From Azolla caroliniana (Eukaryota; Plantae; Polypodiophyta), in NCBI GenBank assembly GCA_043228905.1, contig JBHGNT010000017.1:10292001-10356000 (forward strand): a DNA stretch of 64,000 bases, written 5' to 3'. The position numbers and the translations under genes are program-made. Positions 1-11,853 of the stretch are shown one piece after another (the stretch's first letter is position 1; the number at the start of each line of letters is the position of its first letter). Under the pieces are notes generated by a model. The model did no database searches. It saw only the letters and a list, made by a program, of their open reading frames with translations, and was not told the origin of the DNA.

Positions 1-1256
1 GATGCACCATTCCTTCTCCGGAAATGGTTTTGGAGCATGGAGTGAAGTGAGCCATCTTCATAAACCGATCGACAACGACCAACACCGAGTCATAGCTATT
101 GACCAAGGGTAGATCAGTTATCAGGTCCATAGAGATAGAGGCCCAAGGATGACGAGGACATGGAAGCGGCTATAGTAAGCCATATGGCCGATGATGAATG
201 GCTTTGGAGTGAGTACAAACCTCACAACTCTTTACATATTCTTTGACCAACTTCCATGGTTTTGGCCACCAATACCCCCGAGAGATTAGCTCAAGGGTTT
301 TCACGACCCCGAAATGACCTGCAAGTGGGTCATCGTGGCATCCCGCAACACCTGGGTGCGACATGGGCCCTCTGGGACGTATAAGAGATGATCTCGGAAC
401 AACAAACCCTCTTGTATGGTGAAGGTGTCAAGATCCTTCCTTTTGGTCGCCTTGGAGGGGTTTTGCAGACTATCTCAAATCTCGTTGGCGAACGCATCGG
501 TCTTGGATGCATCAGTGATTTGTTGGAGTAAAGAATCATCCTGCAACATACAAGTGGCAAAACGATGCAATTGGTCGGGTTTCAACAAACTTCTAGATTG
601 TTGAGGATAAGCAACATCCCCAGGGTGGAGTGCAAGGTCAGCTCGGCGAGAAAGGGCATCAGCCTTCCCATGTTGGCCCCCAGGTCGAAATACAATCTCA
701 AAATCATAGTCAGCGAGAAATGTCGACCAACGGGCCTGCCTTCGATTCAAAGTACGAGTGGTGGAAAAATAAACTAAATTTTTATGATCAGTCACTACCT
801 GGACACGATGTTGTGCGCCGGCCAAGTAGGGTCGCCATTCTTCAAAGGCAGCAATGATAGCGTGTTTGAGTGAGTCGCACGCATTTTGCGCCTCCGAGCT
901 CCATAAAAATGAAGTGCCTTTATGGGTGAGAGCGATAAGAGGTTGTGCTAGGGTGGAAAACCCCTTGATGAAGCGACGGTAAAAATTCGCGAAGCCGAGG
1001 AAGGATTGCACATCTTTAAGTCGCCTTGGAATCACCCTCGCCTGAATGACAGAGACCTTCTTCATATCCATGGTGATGCCAATGGGCGAGATGATGTAGC
1101 CCAGAAATTCGATTGAGGTACAGTCGAACTCGCATTTCTCGCCTTTGGCATAAAGGCCATGCTCGCGAAGTTTGGCAAGAACTAATTGGACTTGGCGAGT
1201 GTGCTCCTCCATGTTTGGCGAGAAAATGAGAATATCATCAAGGTAAATGACAACAA
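1..1256 (-). pseudogene. Tcn1-like chromovirus (element Tcn1-a) pol fragment: RT C-half, RNase H with internal deletion, integrase N-terminus
   Basis: ORF 475-1269 contains VIYLDDILIFS, FLGFANFYRRF, TDHKNL and QARW. ORF 170-364 contains the HHCC zinc finger (HDDPLAGH...CEVC). Cut at 1256 by a copia LTR. Confidence 0.9.
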
Positions 1257-1843
1257 TGTTGGGAGACAAGTCCCTCCGGATGGGAAGGGAGAAGAACAGA
1301 GATGGATGGCGCAGACCCGGTATGAAGACCGGATGAGGAGTACCCGGCTACGGAGAGCCGGATGGTGCAGACCCGGTAAGGAATGCTCACCGGATGAAGA
1401 GACATATTCGTAAATATGTCTCTAAGAGTCCATCAAGGCTATATGTGTAAATAGTCGAAAAGTCATATCAGTATAAATATGACTTAGGGCAAACTTTTAG
1501 GCATAGTGGTTATTATTTCTTGTCTGCGTGAGATCAGAGCGCGTAATAGTGTACAGAGAGAGAGAGAGAGAAAGAGGTCGTTGCCTCTGTTGTAACCGCC
1601 GCCTGTGGCGAAGATCATCACGAGGTCGTTGCCTCCGTGAACTCACTGCTGTACATACTAACCTAGTGATAGTTTGCAGCCTGTGGGCTGCCGTGGTTTT
1701 TCCCTAGTTTGGGGTTTTCCACGTTAAACATCATGCGTACTCTTCTCTTCCATTGTGTCATTCTTTATTTCCCGTTTTTTGTGTATGATCCTAACCTCGG
1801 TTCTGGCCGAGCGTTGCGTATAGGGAGCGTTCAGTTCTCGTCA
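1257..1843 (+). repeat. 5' LTR of copia A1
   Basis: TG...CA ends, followed by AG and the tRNA-iMet PBS; about one copy of the 54-bp U3 unit. Confidence 0.92.
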
Positions 1844-4659
1844 AGTGGTATCAGAGCGAAACGACACAGAAAATGGACAAATCGTTTGGCGGCATGTTCA
1901 AGCTCACCGGCTCCAACTATTCAGTGTGGAAGTCGAAGATGAGGGACATGCTCGTGGTTAAAGACCTCTGGCTGCCGGTTCAGTTCGGGGACAAGAGACC
2001 GGACAAAATCGACGCCGCGATATGGGAGGTGATGCACATGAAGACAACGACGTACATACAGTGCTTCATCGACATGAGCCTGTACAATAACTTCAATGAA
2101 GAGAGCAAGGCTCATGAGCTCTGGGAGAAGATCGGCATAATGTTTCAAAACAAAAATGTTGTTAATCAGGTTTCGGTATACCGGAAGCTAGTAAGACTCC
2201 AGTACCAAGATGGCTCCAGCATGGCAGAGCACATGAATGCCTTCCAGGGACTGATCCACCAGGCAACATCATTGGAAGTACCTCTCGCCGACGAGTAACT
2301 AGCACTACTCTTGCTCGGTTCCCTCCCGGATAGCTGGGAGACGTTGGTCGTCACTTTGGGCAACGCCGGACCGGAGGAAAACGGTTATCCCTAGCAAGAG
2401 TGAAGTCGAGCTTGCTGGATGAGGAGGCGCGTCGGAAAGATAAGGATACGAACTCTGACTCCAAAGCGCTCCTTACCGAATCGGACCGCGGAAGACAAAA
2501 AAACCGTAGTCACCAAAACCGGGAGAAGTCGGGGACACGGTCAAAGTGAAGGGGGAGGCCTACTTGCTTCTATAGCGGCAAGCCGGGACACTTCCAGAAG
2601 AACTGTCGTCACTTCCGTAAAGACAAGGAAACCGACGGCACCGATTCGAAGCGAACACCGGACCGGAAGGGAACAACAGCAATCGCGGTAAGTGAAGAGG
2701 AGTTGATGCTCATCACCGAGTAGAGTGAGATAAACCTTGCCGGCGACGAGATGACTTGGGTGGTAGACTCCGGAGCGTCGTTCCACCTTACCCCAGACCG
2801 GAAATGCTTCTCATCCTACTCAGTTGGTGATCACGGCTATGTCCGGATGGGGAATGAAGGTACATGCCGAATTGTCGGCATAGGAGACGTGTGGCTGTCG
2901 ACACCAACCGGATGCAAGTTGTTGTTGAGGGATGTCCGACACGTTCCGGAGGTTCGACTGAACCTGATATCAGCCGGTCGGCTAGATGATGAGGGCTACA
3001 CGGGTAACATCCGGAACGGTGTCATGAAGTTCAGCAAAGGGAACCTTATTGTGGCTCGGGCCCAGAAGGTAAACACATTGTACCTGATGAATGCCTGGTT
3101 ATGCCCAGAAGAAGTGAACGTGGCATCTGACACTTCCGGTGAGCTGTGGCACAACAGGCTATGTCATATGAGCGAGAAGGGGATGAAGAGGCTTGCAAAC
3201 GACAACCTCATTCCAATGAAGAACGTGCACTTAGAGAAGTGCACTGATTGTCTGGCCGGTAATCAGAACCGGACCTCCTTCCGACCAAGGCCACCGATGA
3301 GACGTAATGCACCACTAGATTTGGTGCATACGGATGTGTGTCAAGTAGACACCGAAGACAAAGAAAACGAAAAAATCCTTTCCTCCGCCTTCATCTTGCA
3401 CCTTCAATGGCATAGCCCGCTCAAGCAAACCATGCACACTCAAGCACACACCGAAGCGCAGTACTTCGTAACGCTCATAGATGACCACAGCCGGAAGTTG
3501 TGGGCCACACCGTTGAAGACGAAGGATCAGGTGTTATCCGTCTTCAAAGATCTCCACGCAAGAGTGGAAAGAGAAACCGGCCGGAAGCTGAAGGCGGTTC
3601 GAGCAGATAACGGAGGATAATACCGGGGGCAATTCGAGGAGTACTACCGCTCGAAGGGAATCCGGCTCGAATTTACCGTGCCGAAGACGCCGGAACTAAA
3701 CGGACTGGCCAAGAGGATGAACCGGACCATAATGGAGAGGGTCCGGAGTATGCTAGCGCATGCAAAACTACCCAAGAAGTTTTGGGCTGAGGCACTGTCA
3801 ACGGCGACATATGTGATAAATAGATCACCCTCAGTACCCTTGGACGGGGCCACGCCACAGAGAGTGTGGACCGGTAAGGAAGTATCCTACCGGCATCTGA
3901 AGGTGTTCGGGTGTCTCGCGTACGCGCATGTAGCTAAGGACCAGAGAGGAAAGTTAGATCCAAAGACCCGGCCATGCATATTCCTCGGTTACGGTGACGA
4001 TGAGTTCGGCTACCGAGTGTGGGACCTGGTCGACAAGAAGGTATTCCGGAGTCGAGATATTATCTTCATGGAGAACAAGACGCTCGTCGACTGGGAATCG
4101 GAGAAGAAGATAATGAACTCCGAGTCGACCGGTAAGGATCGACTCTACTCTACGATGAGGAGACCCAACCGGCAAGAGACCGGTTAGCACTCGAGGGACC
4201 AACTGGTTATGGTGAGGATACCGAACAGGCTGAAGAAGAAGTAGAGGAAGCTGAAACCGGAACCGGCCAAGACCCCGAATCGGATTCGGATGAAGAGCAG
4301 ATGGATGAGCCGGTCACCGAAGCCCAAAGACAGAGATATCCTCTCAGAGAGAGAAGGGCCCCCCGGAGATTTCCGGATGCAGAGCATGTTCTGCTGACCG
4401 ATGAGGGGGAGCCGGAAAGCTTCGAAGAAGCGAAGGAAGACACCCACAGCCGAAAATGGTTAAGTGCCATGCAGGATGAGATGGATTCCCTGCATGAGAA
4501 CTGTCATGAACACATGACCATTATGGCGTCACCCGGACTTGAACCTCGAACCTTGTAATTCATACTTGAAAACCTCAACCATTAAGATAGCTTATTGTAA
4601 TATGAAACAATAAAAGCTACTTCTTGTATTACATTGATTATTGTAAAAACTCTAGATTA

Positions 4660-4755
4660 TTCTAGAATGTTCTAGAATGTCCTAGAGCATTCTAGGTCTA
4701 GAACATTCTAGAACATTCTAGAAATCTCTAAGCTATTCTATAGGAACCTATAAAT
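4660..4755 (+). promoter_or_regulatory. Heat-shock-element array and TATA box in the Tcn1-b LTR (repeated at about 7745-7840)
   Basis: TTCtaGAAtgTTCtaGAA (4660-4677) and GAAcaTTCtaGAAcaTTCtaGAA (4701-4723) are alternating nGAAn units; TATAAAT at 4749. Confidence 0.7.
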
Positions 4756-4901
4756 AAGCGCATACATGTATTCTCAAATCAATTCGAATCAAACTGTCAG
4801 AACCAAGGATAAAAGATAGAGTGATGGAAGAAGGATAGAGAAGAATGGATGTATAAGATAGAGAAAGAAAGAGAATGGATACAAGATATGTAATGGATAC
4901 A

Positions 4902-7602
4902 AGATAGGTATGCTTTACCTTTAATCTCCAATCTCTTAGAACGCATTGATGGGGCAAAGCATTTTTCCAAAATTGATCTAAGGGGTGCATATAATCTTGT
5001 TCGAATTCGGCCAGGAGATGAGTGGAAAACAACATTTCGTACTCGGTATGGTCATTTCGAGTATACAGTCATGCCTTTCGGGCTCACAAATGCACCTGCC
5101 GTATTCCAACATATGGCAAATGACATCTTCCGGGATTTCTTGGATATTTTTCTAATCATCTACCTAGATGATCTATTGATTTACTCTAAAACACAGGGGG
5201 GGCATGATATACATGTGCGGCAAGTACTTGAACGCCTAAGGAAGTATGATCTTTACGCCAGACTTGAGAAATGCAGTTTTGATTGCAAACAAGTCGAATT
5301 TTTGGGATACACTATTTAATCCCAGGGTGTTTTCATGGACCCGGCAAAAGTCCAAACAATATTGGAATGGCAACCCCCATGCTTAGTTCGGGATGTCCAG
5401 TGTTTCCTCGGATTTGCGAACTTCTATCGCAAATTCATACATAATTATTCAAGCATTGTGTTGCCCCTTACTCAACTCACCAAGAAAAATCAAGCATTTT
5501 TTTGGAGTATCAAAGCGGACAAGGCTTTTACGCAGCTAAAAGAGGCATTCACATCAGCACCCATCCTAGCACATATTGATCCTGAAAAGCCATTTACTAT
5601 TGAGGCGGATGCATCAAACTTTGCATTGGGGAGTATCCTATCGCAACCAGGCGAGGACGGGCAGATACATCCAGTCGCGTTTCACTCGAGAAAGTTTACT
5701 GTTTCGGAGATAAACTATGAGGTGCATGACAAGGAGTTACTAGCTGTGGTCGACTCATTCGAGCAATGGCGTCATTTTCTAGAAGGATCACCTCATCAGA
5801 TTATCATTTATAGTGATCACAAAAATCTCACATATTTTCAAACAGCTCGAGTATTAAATAGACGACAAGCTCGGTGGGCCCAATTTCTAACGCGTTTCGA
5901 TTTCAAGATCATTTTTCGCCCCGGAAAACAACAAGGGAAAGCAGATGCTCTGTCTCGGCATTCGTATCTAGCACTTCGACCTGGAGATCCGGCCTTTGAC
6001 AATCAAAAGCAAACTCTCCTCGGGCCATCAAAGCTACAGGTAACAACAATTTATGCCACACCACTTGATTCTACCCTTCTTGACACTATTCGGCAACAAC
6101 TTCATTCGGATGATTTTGCTAAGGATATCTTAGCCCACTGTGGTTCAAGTCGTCCATCTTGCTCCACATTGCCAAGGTCATCTCAACATTATAAGGACTT
6201 CAAGTGGCAAGATGGTTTACTCTTCTACAAGAATCTCCTTTACGTCCCCGACGGATCACCCCGACTTCAAGTGTTGGAACATTGTCATGATGCCCCCATG
6301 GCTGGACATTTTGGTATTTCCAAGACCATTGAGCTGGTGAAACGTTCGTTTTGGTGGCCTCACTTGCAAAAATTTGTCAAAGATTATGTTCGCACTTGTG
6401 ACACCTGCTGTCGCGCCAAAATACCCCGGCATCACCCTTATGGCTTACTACAACCATTACCCCCTCCCAACAAGCCATGGCAGTCTATTTCTATGGATTT
6501 CATTACGGATCTGCCACCTTCCAAAGGCTTTGATACTATTTTAACAGTAGTGGATCGGTTCACCAAGATGGCACATTTTGTACCATGTGTAAAGACCATC
6601 AATAGTGAAGAAACTGTAGATCTCATTATGCGTGAAGTGTTTCGCCATCATGGTCTCCCGAATGATATTATTAGCGATCGAGGTCCTCAATTTATCTCAC
6701 ACTTTTGGAAGCACCTATGGGCAGGCCTCAAAATCTCTTGCAAACTCTCTTCGGCTTATCATCCACAAACTGACGGACAAACAGAGCGCACAAATCAAAC
6801 GCTCGAGCAATATCTTCGATGTTTCATTAGTTATCAACAAGATGATTGGAGTAAAATTTTACATCTTGCTGAGTTTGCATACAACAACACGGTCCACTCT
6901 TCTACCAAAGTTACACCTTTCTTTGCCTACACCGGCAACCACCCTCGATGGTGTATACTGGATCTTCCCGAGGTGTCACAAAACCCTAGTGCGGCGCATC
7001 ACCTCCACCAACTACAACAAATCCAGTTCGAGTTATCGTCACATCTTCAGAAAGCGCAAGCACACCATAAGACCAATGCCGATCGACATCGTCTTAAGTC
7101 TTCATTTAAGGTTGGTGACCGTGTATGGTTGCTTCGTCGTCACATCAAGACTACCCGACTGTGTGCTAAGCTTGACTATCAACGCTTAGGTCCTTTTGTC
7201 ATCACGGCGCAGATTAATGATGCAACATTTCGTCTTAACCTTCCTGCACATATGCGGCTTCACCCTGTCTTTCATAGCTCTCTTTTGGAACCTTGCCACA
7301 CCTCTTTAATTCCTGATCGTGTCGTGCCACCACCGCCTTCTGTACAACTTGTGGACGGCCCCGAATACGAGGTAGCTGCTATTCTCGATTCTAAGATTGT
7401 GCACAATAAGCTTTATTATCTAGTTGATTGGCTTGGTTATCCTCCGAGTGATCGCACTTGGGAACCCATCGATAACGTTTGTAATGCTGAAGCTCTGGTC
7501 AACGACTTCCATCGTCACTATCCAAACAAGCTCGTCCCAACAATGTTAACGCCGACTTCCACTCGGCGTTCTCGAAGGAGGGATAGTGTCATGAACACAT
7601 GA
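4902..7602 (+). pseudogene. Tcn1-b pol: RT, RNase H, integrase and chromodomain, with a stop at about 5317
   Basis: Motifs KIDLRGAYNLVRI, YLDDLL, EADAS, TDGQTERTNQ and GPF; C-terminal EYEVAAILDS...YLVDWLGY...TWEP chromodomain. Confidence 0.93.
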
Positions 7603-9489
7603 CCATTATGGCGTCACCCGGACTTGAACCTCGAACCTTGTAATTCATACTTGAAAACCTCAACCATTAAGATAGCTTATTGTTATATGAAACAATAAAA
7701 GCTACTTCTTGTATTACATTGATTATTGTAAAAACTCTAGATTATTCTAGAATGTTCTAGAATGTCCTAGAGCATTCTAGGTCTAGAACATTCTAGAACA
7801 TTCTAGAAATCTCTAAGCTATTCTATAGGAACCTATAAATAAGCGCATACATGTATTCTCAAATCAATTCGAATCAACACCAGTCTTTAGCTCTCATTAC
7901 ATATCTTGTATCCATTCTCTTTCTTTCTCTATCTTATACATCCATTCTTCTCTATCCTTCTTCCATCACTCTATCTTTTATCCTTGGTTCTGACAAGAAC
8001 CATACGTACGAATTGGTGGAGTTGCCGAAAGGAAAGTGGGCACTCCGAAACAAGTGGGTGTACAAGTTGAAACCGGGAGAAGCCGGCAACCCCCCGAGAT
8101 ACAAAGCCAGGATCGTGGTGAAGGGGTTCCAGCAGAAGAAGGGTGTGGACTTCAACGAGATATTTGCCCCAGTAATAAAGATGACCTCCATCCGGACGGT
8201 GCTGAGTATAGCGGCAAGCATGGACCTCGAGGTAGAGCAGCTAGACGTGAAGACGGCATTCCTTCACGGTGACCTCGAAGAAGAGATCTACATGCAGCAA
8301 TCGGAAGGATTCGTGGAGAAAGGGAAGGAGCACCTGGTGTGCCGGTTGAAGAAGAGCCTGTACGGACTAAAGCAGGCTCCCTGACAATGGTACCGGAAGT
8401 TCGATTCCTTCATGACCGATCAAGGGTACCACAAGATGCAGGCTGATCACTGTGTGTTTGTGAAGAAGTTCGAAGGAGGCAACTTCCTTATACTCCTTCT
8501 GTACATGGATGACATGTTGATCGTCGGACGTGACCAAGTCAAAATACGGATGCTGAAGAAGGCCCTCAACCGGACCTTCTCAATGAAAGACTTGGGTCTG
8601 GCAAGACAGATGCTGGGGATGCATATTATCCGGAACCGGTCAGCGAAGCAATTATGGCTGTCACAGGAGAAGTACGTGACAAAGGTGCTTCACCGGTTCA
8701 ACATGTCAGATGCGAAACCAGTCGGATCGACACTTCCGGCAAACTGCAGGTTATCCGGTAAGCAAAGCCCGAAGATGAAAGCATAGAAGGCGGATATGAT
8801 GAAGATTCCATATGCAACTACCGTCGGGAGCTTAATGTACGCAATGGTTTGTACCCGACCGGATATAGGATACGCAGTCGGAGTGGTGAGCCGGTTCATG
8901 AGCAATCCCGGCAAGGAGCAATGGAACGCGGTTAAATGGATACTCCGGTATTTGAAGGGCACTTCAAATATGTGTCTCCGATTCGGCTCCGGAAAACCTC
9001 AACTGGACGGTTTCACCGATTCGGACATGTGGGCTGAAGTGGATACCAGTCGGTCTACATCCGGGTATGTAATGACATATGCAGGGGGAGCTGTTTCGTG
9101 GCAGTCGAGGCTGCAGAAGACGGTTGCGTTGTCAACCACAGAGGCGGAGTACATGGCGGCTGTGGAAGCTGGCAAGGAAATCTTATGGATGAAGGACTTC
9201 ATCGGAGAGCTCGGTATCTGGCAAGATGAATATCGGCTCTATTGGGACAGTCAAAGTGCCATCCACCTTGCTAAGAATGCAGCCTACCATTCCCGGACGA
9301 AGCATATCCAGCGAAGATATCACTGGATCCGGGAAAGAGTAGATGACCAGGAGTTCGCACTGACGAAGATCCACACGGCCGAGAACGGGTCAGATATGCT
9401 GACCAAAGTGCTGATACCCGACAAGCTGGACACATGCCGGAAGAGGATCGGTCTAGTAAGACACCCCATGCCGGAGTGAAGGGGGAGTT

Positions 9490-10191
9490 TGTTGGGAGAC
9501 AGGTCCCTCCGGATGGGAAGGGAGAAGAACAGTGTTGATGAACAAGGTAGGCCGAGGCCGAAACCGTATGAGAAGTACCCGGCTACGGAGAGCCGGATGA
9601 TGCAGACCCGGGGCGGACCGGATGAGGAGTACCCGGCTACAGAGAGTCGGATGGTGCAGACCCGGCGTGGACCGGATGAGGAGTACCCGGCTACGGAGAG
9701 CCGGATGGTGCAGACCCGGCGAGGACCGGATGAGGAGTTCCCGGCTACGGAGAGCCGGATGGTGCAGACACCCGGTGATGAATGCTCACCGGATGAAGAG
9801 ACATATTCGTAAATATGTTTCTGAGAGTCCATCAAGGCTATATGTGTAAATAGCCGAAAAGTCATATCAGTATAAATATGACTTAGGGCAAACTTTTAGG
9901 CAAAGAGAGAGAGAGAAAGAGGTTGTTGCCTCTGTTGTAACCGCCGCCTGTGGCGAAGATCGTGAGCACGAGGTCGTTGCCTCCGTGAACTCACTGCTGT
10001 ACATACTAACCTAGTGATAGTTTGCAGCCTGTGGGCTGCCGTGGTTTTTCCCTAGTTTGGGGTTTTCCACGTTAAACATCCTGTGTACTCTTCTCTTCCA
10101 TTGTGTCGTTCTTTATTTCCCATTTTCTGTGTATGATTCTAAGCTCGGTTGTGGCCGAGCGTTGCGTATAAGGAGCGTACAGTTCTCGTCA
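9490..10191 (+). repeat. 3' LTR of copia A1 with four 54-bp tandem units
   Basis: Follows the PPT; unit about GAGGAGTACCCGGCTACGGAGAGCCGGATGGTGCAGACCCGGCGAGGACCGGAT. Confidence 0.92.
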
Positions 10192-11853
10192 TGAGCCCAC
10201 CCGAAGCCCTAATGGGATTGTAGCTTGAGTAATTGCACCTGACGAGAGGACACACCCGTCGATGGCTTCAACTAGAATGGGTTTTGAGAGGCCAACGACA
10301 AGTACGCCATGTGCTTGGGCAAACGCAACGTCGATGAAGCAAGAAGATGCCCCAGAATCAAGTAAAGCAATAGACTGAATGGAACTAGAGTTAATCGAAA
10401 GCCATACCTCTAATGTGAAATTGCCTGATGGTCCGGCAATGGAACCAAGAGAATGTGGGCGACGGGAGATGTTTAGTTGCATGGCTCCTACTGCATGGCT
10501 CCTACTGCAACCGAACGACATGACCGGAGGCGCCACAATACATGCACAAGCCATTAGCCCGCCGAAATTGTCGTTCAGCATCAGTCAATGGCCGAAATCG
10601 GGCTTGATCAATTTCCATGGGGACATGAGCATCTACCAAATTAGGCGAGTGTGAGGATGCCTGGGGTTGTATGACCGGGGCGTGGCGTGGAAGTGAATGA
10701 GGTGGAACCCAAGTCCGGCGCTCTTCTTGGCGAAATTCGAAAAGACAATTGTCACAATGGACTGCTTGTGAAATCGCTTGGGATAACGAGGTGGGCTCCA
10801 GAAAGTTTAAGAGAAGATACTTGACATTGCTTCGAAGGCCGCGCCGACAGTGATCAACTAAAGCTTGATCATCCCAATTGGCGTCGCATGCTAGTTGTTG
10901 AAATTCTGAAGCATAGACCGAAGTTGCACGCGAACCTTGTTCGAGTGCATAAATCTTGTTAAGAGATGTACGTCGTCAATCCGTCTCTCCAAATGTGGCC
11001 TCTAACTCAGTGAGGAAGGCGGGAAAATCCTCCAATAGAGGTGACGAGGTTTCTACCAATGGTGCAAACCAAGCTTGGGCCGGACCGGAGAGAAGGGTAC
11101 CCACAAGGCCGACTTGTCAAAGACCATCTCCATAACGTTGAGGTTGTAGCCGAATGATAAGTCGAACTTGGTTGATGAACCCTCGGAAACACGACCTCGT
11201 TCCATCAAATTTTTCTGGGAGGCTAACCTTAGGCTCAAGAAATTGTGACGAAGCTAGGCTAGATGTTGGTAGAAGATCGGGCTCTAGGCTAGGTTGTTGT
11301 GGGAGACTAGGGTTCGGGGGTTGTGAGGATAGGGAGGTACCGACTTGAAGTTCTTATAAAGAATTTCGAAGAGCTTCATTTTCAAGCTATAGTTGTCGTA
11401 AGGCTACCATTATTTGGCCTAACTCACTAGTTGAGTCGGACATAGCTATGGCTTATGAGAGGGAGAGCTATGAGGATGGGAAGGTGAACAAACTGTCACG
11501 GATCATAAGCTCAAGAGACAAGCAAGAAGATAACCAAATGGACGAGAAAGAAGATAGTATTAAAGGAAAGACTCCATAACTGGTGTTGTTCACCTTGAAT
11601 TCCTTCAAGGTGAACTCCTCTTTTTATACTACATGGCATGCATACTTGTTGCACGCATGTGAATCTACAATAAAGCATGTAGGTATGCATGCATGTGCCA
11701 AGTGTAAATACTACAAGGGAGCAACTATGCACATGATGCTAGCAAAATAATAAGGACCAATTACATACATAACTATGTACTAGATATCTTGGTTAACTCA
11801 TAATACTAGATTATAACATGGTCGTGTCAAGAGTTTGAATCTTGACAACAGCA
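10192..11853 (-). mobile_element. Tcn1-a 5' part: protease, gag, self-priming PBS and truncated 5' LTR (11494 to about 11853)
   Basis: ALLDSGASSCFI protease motif in ORF 10189-10581; gag remnants (PEKFDGTR); LTR end TGACA at 11494 followed by a non-tRNA PBS. Confidence 0.85.

Larger units (their letters stand above)
4502..7995 (+). mobile_element. Tcn1-like chromovirus (Tcn1-b) lacking gag and protease, nested in copia A1
   Basis: Perfect 5-bp TSD AGAAC (4497-4501 and 7996-8000). Termini TGTCA...TGACA. 3' LTR at 7587-7995 after PPT GAAGGAGGGATAG. 5' LTR is rearranged. Confidence 0.95.
1873..9479 (+). pseudogene. copia A1 gag-pol, disrupted by stops, frameshifts and the insertion at 4502-7995
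   Basis: ORF pieces 1873-2298, 2751-3620, 3678-4187, 7996-8384, 8412-8786 and 8796-9479 follow the copia order gag-PR-INT-RT-RH. Confidence 0.9.
1257..10191 (+). mobile_element. Ty1/copia element A1 (Tnt1/Tork-like), degenerate, containing a nested gypsy
   Basis: LTRs TGTT...TCA at 1257-1843 and 9490-10191. PBS TGGTATCAGAGC at 1846-1857. PPT GAAGGGGGAG before 9490. Gag, PR (WVVDSGAS), INT, RT (YMDDML) and RH ORF pieces with stops. Flanks AACAA/TGAGC do not match. Confidence 0.93.

Noticed and set aside
4524-4596. Functional tRNA gene
   Set aside because: Acceptor and anticodon stems do not pair properly; kept only as a tRNA-like module
4795-4895. Autointegration as the main explanation of the inverted U5
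   Set aside because: The junction falls exactly at the predicted self-primer plus the AC spacer, which fits self-priming geometry better
9489-9865. Repetitive ORFs (also 20112-20789, 24934-25362) and a CRISPR-like periodicity
   Set aside because: They are translations of 54-bp tandem units in LTR U3; there are no unique spacers and no cas genes
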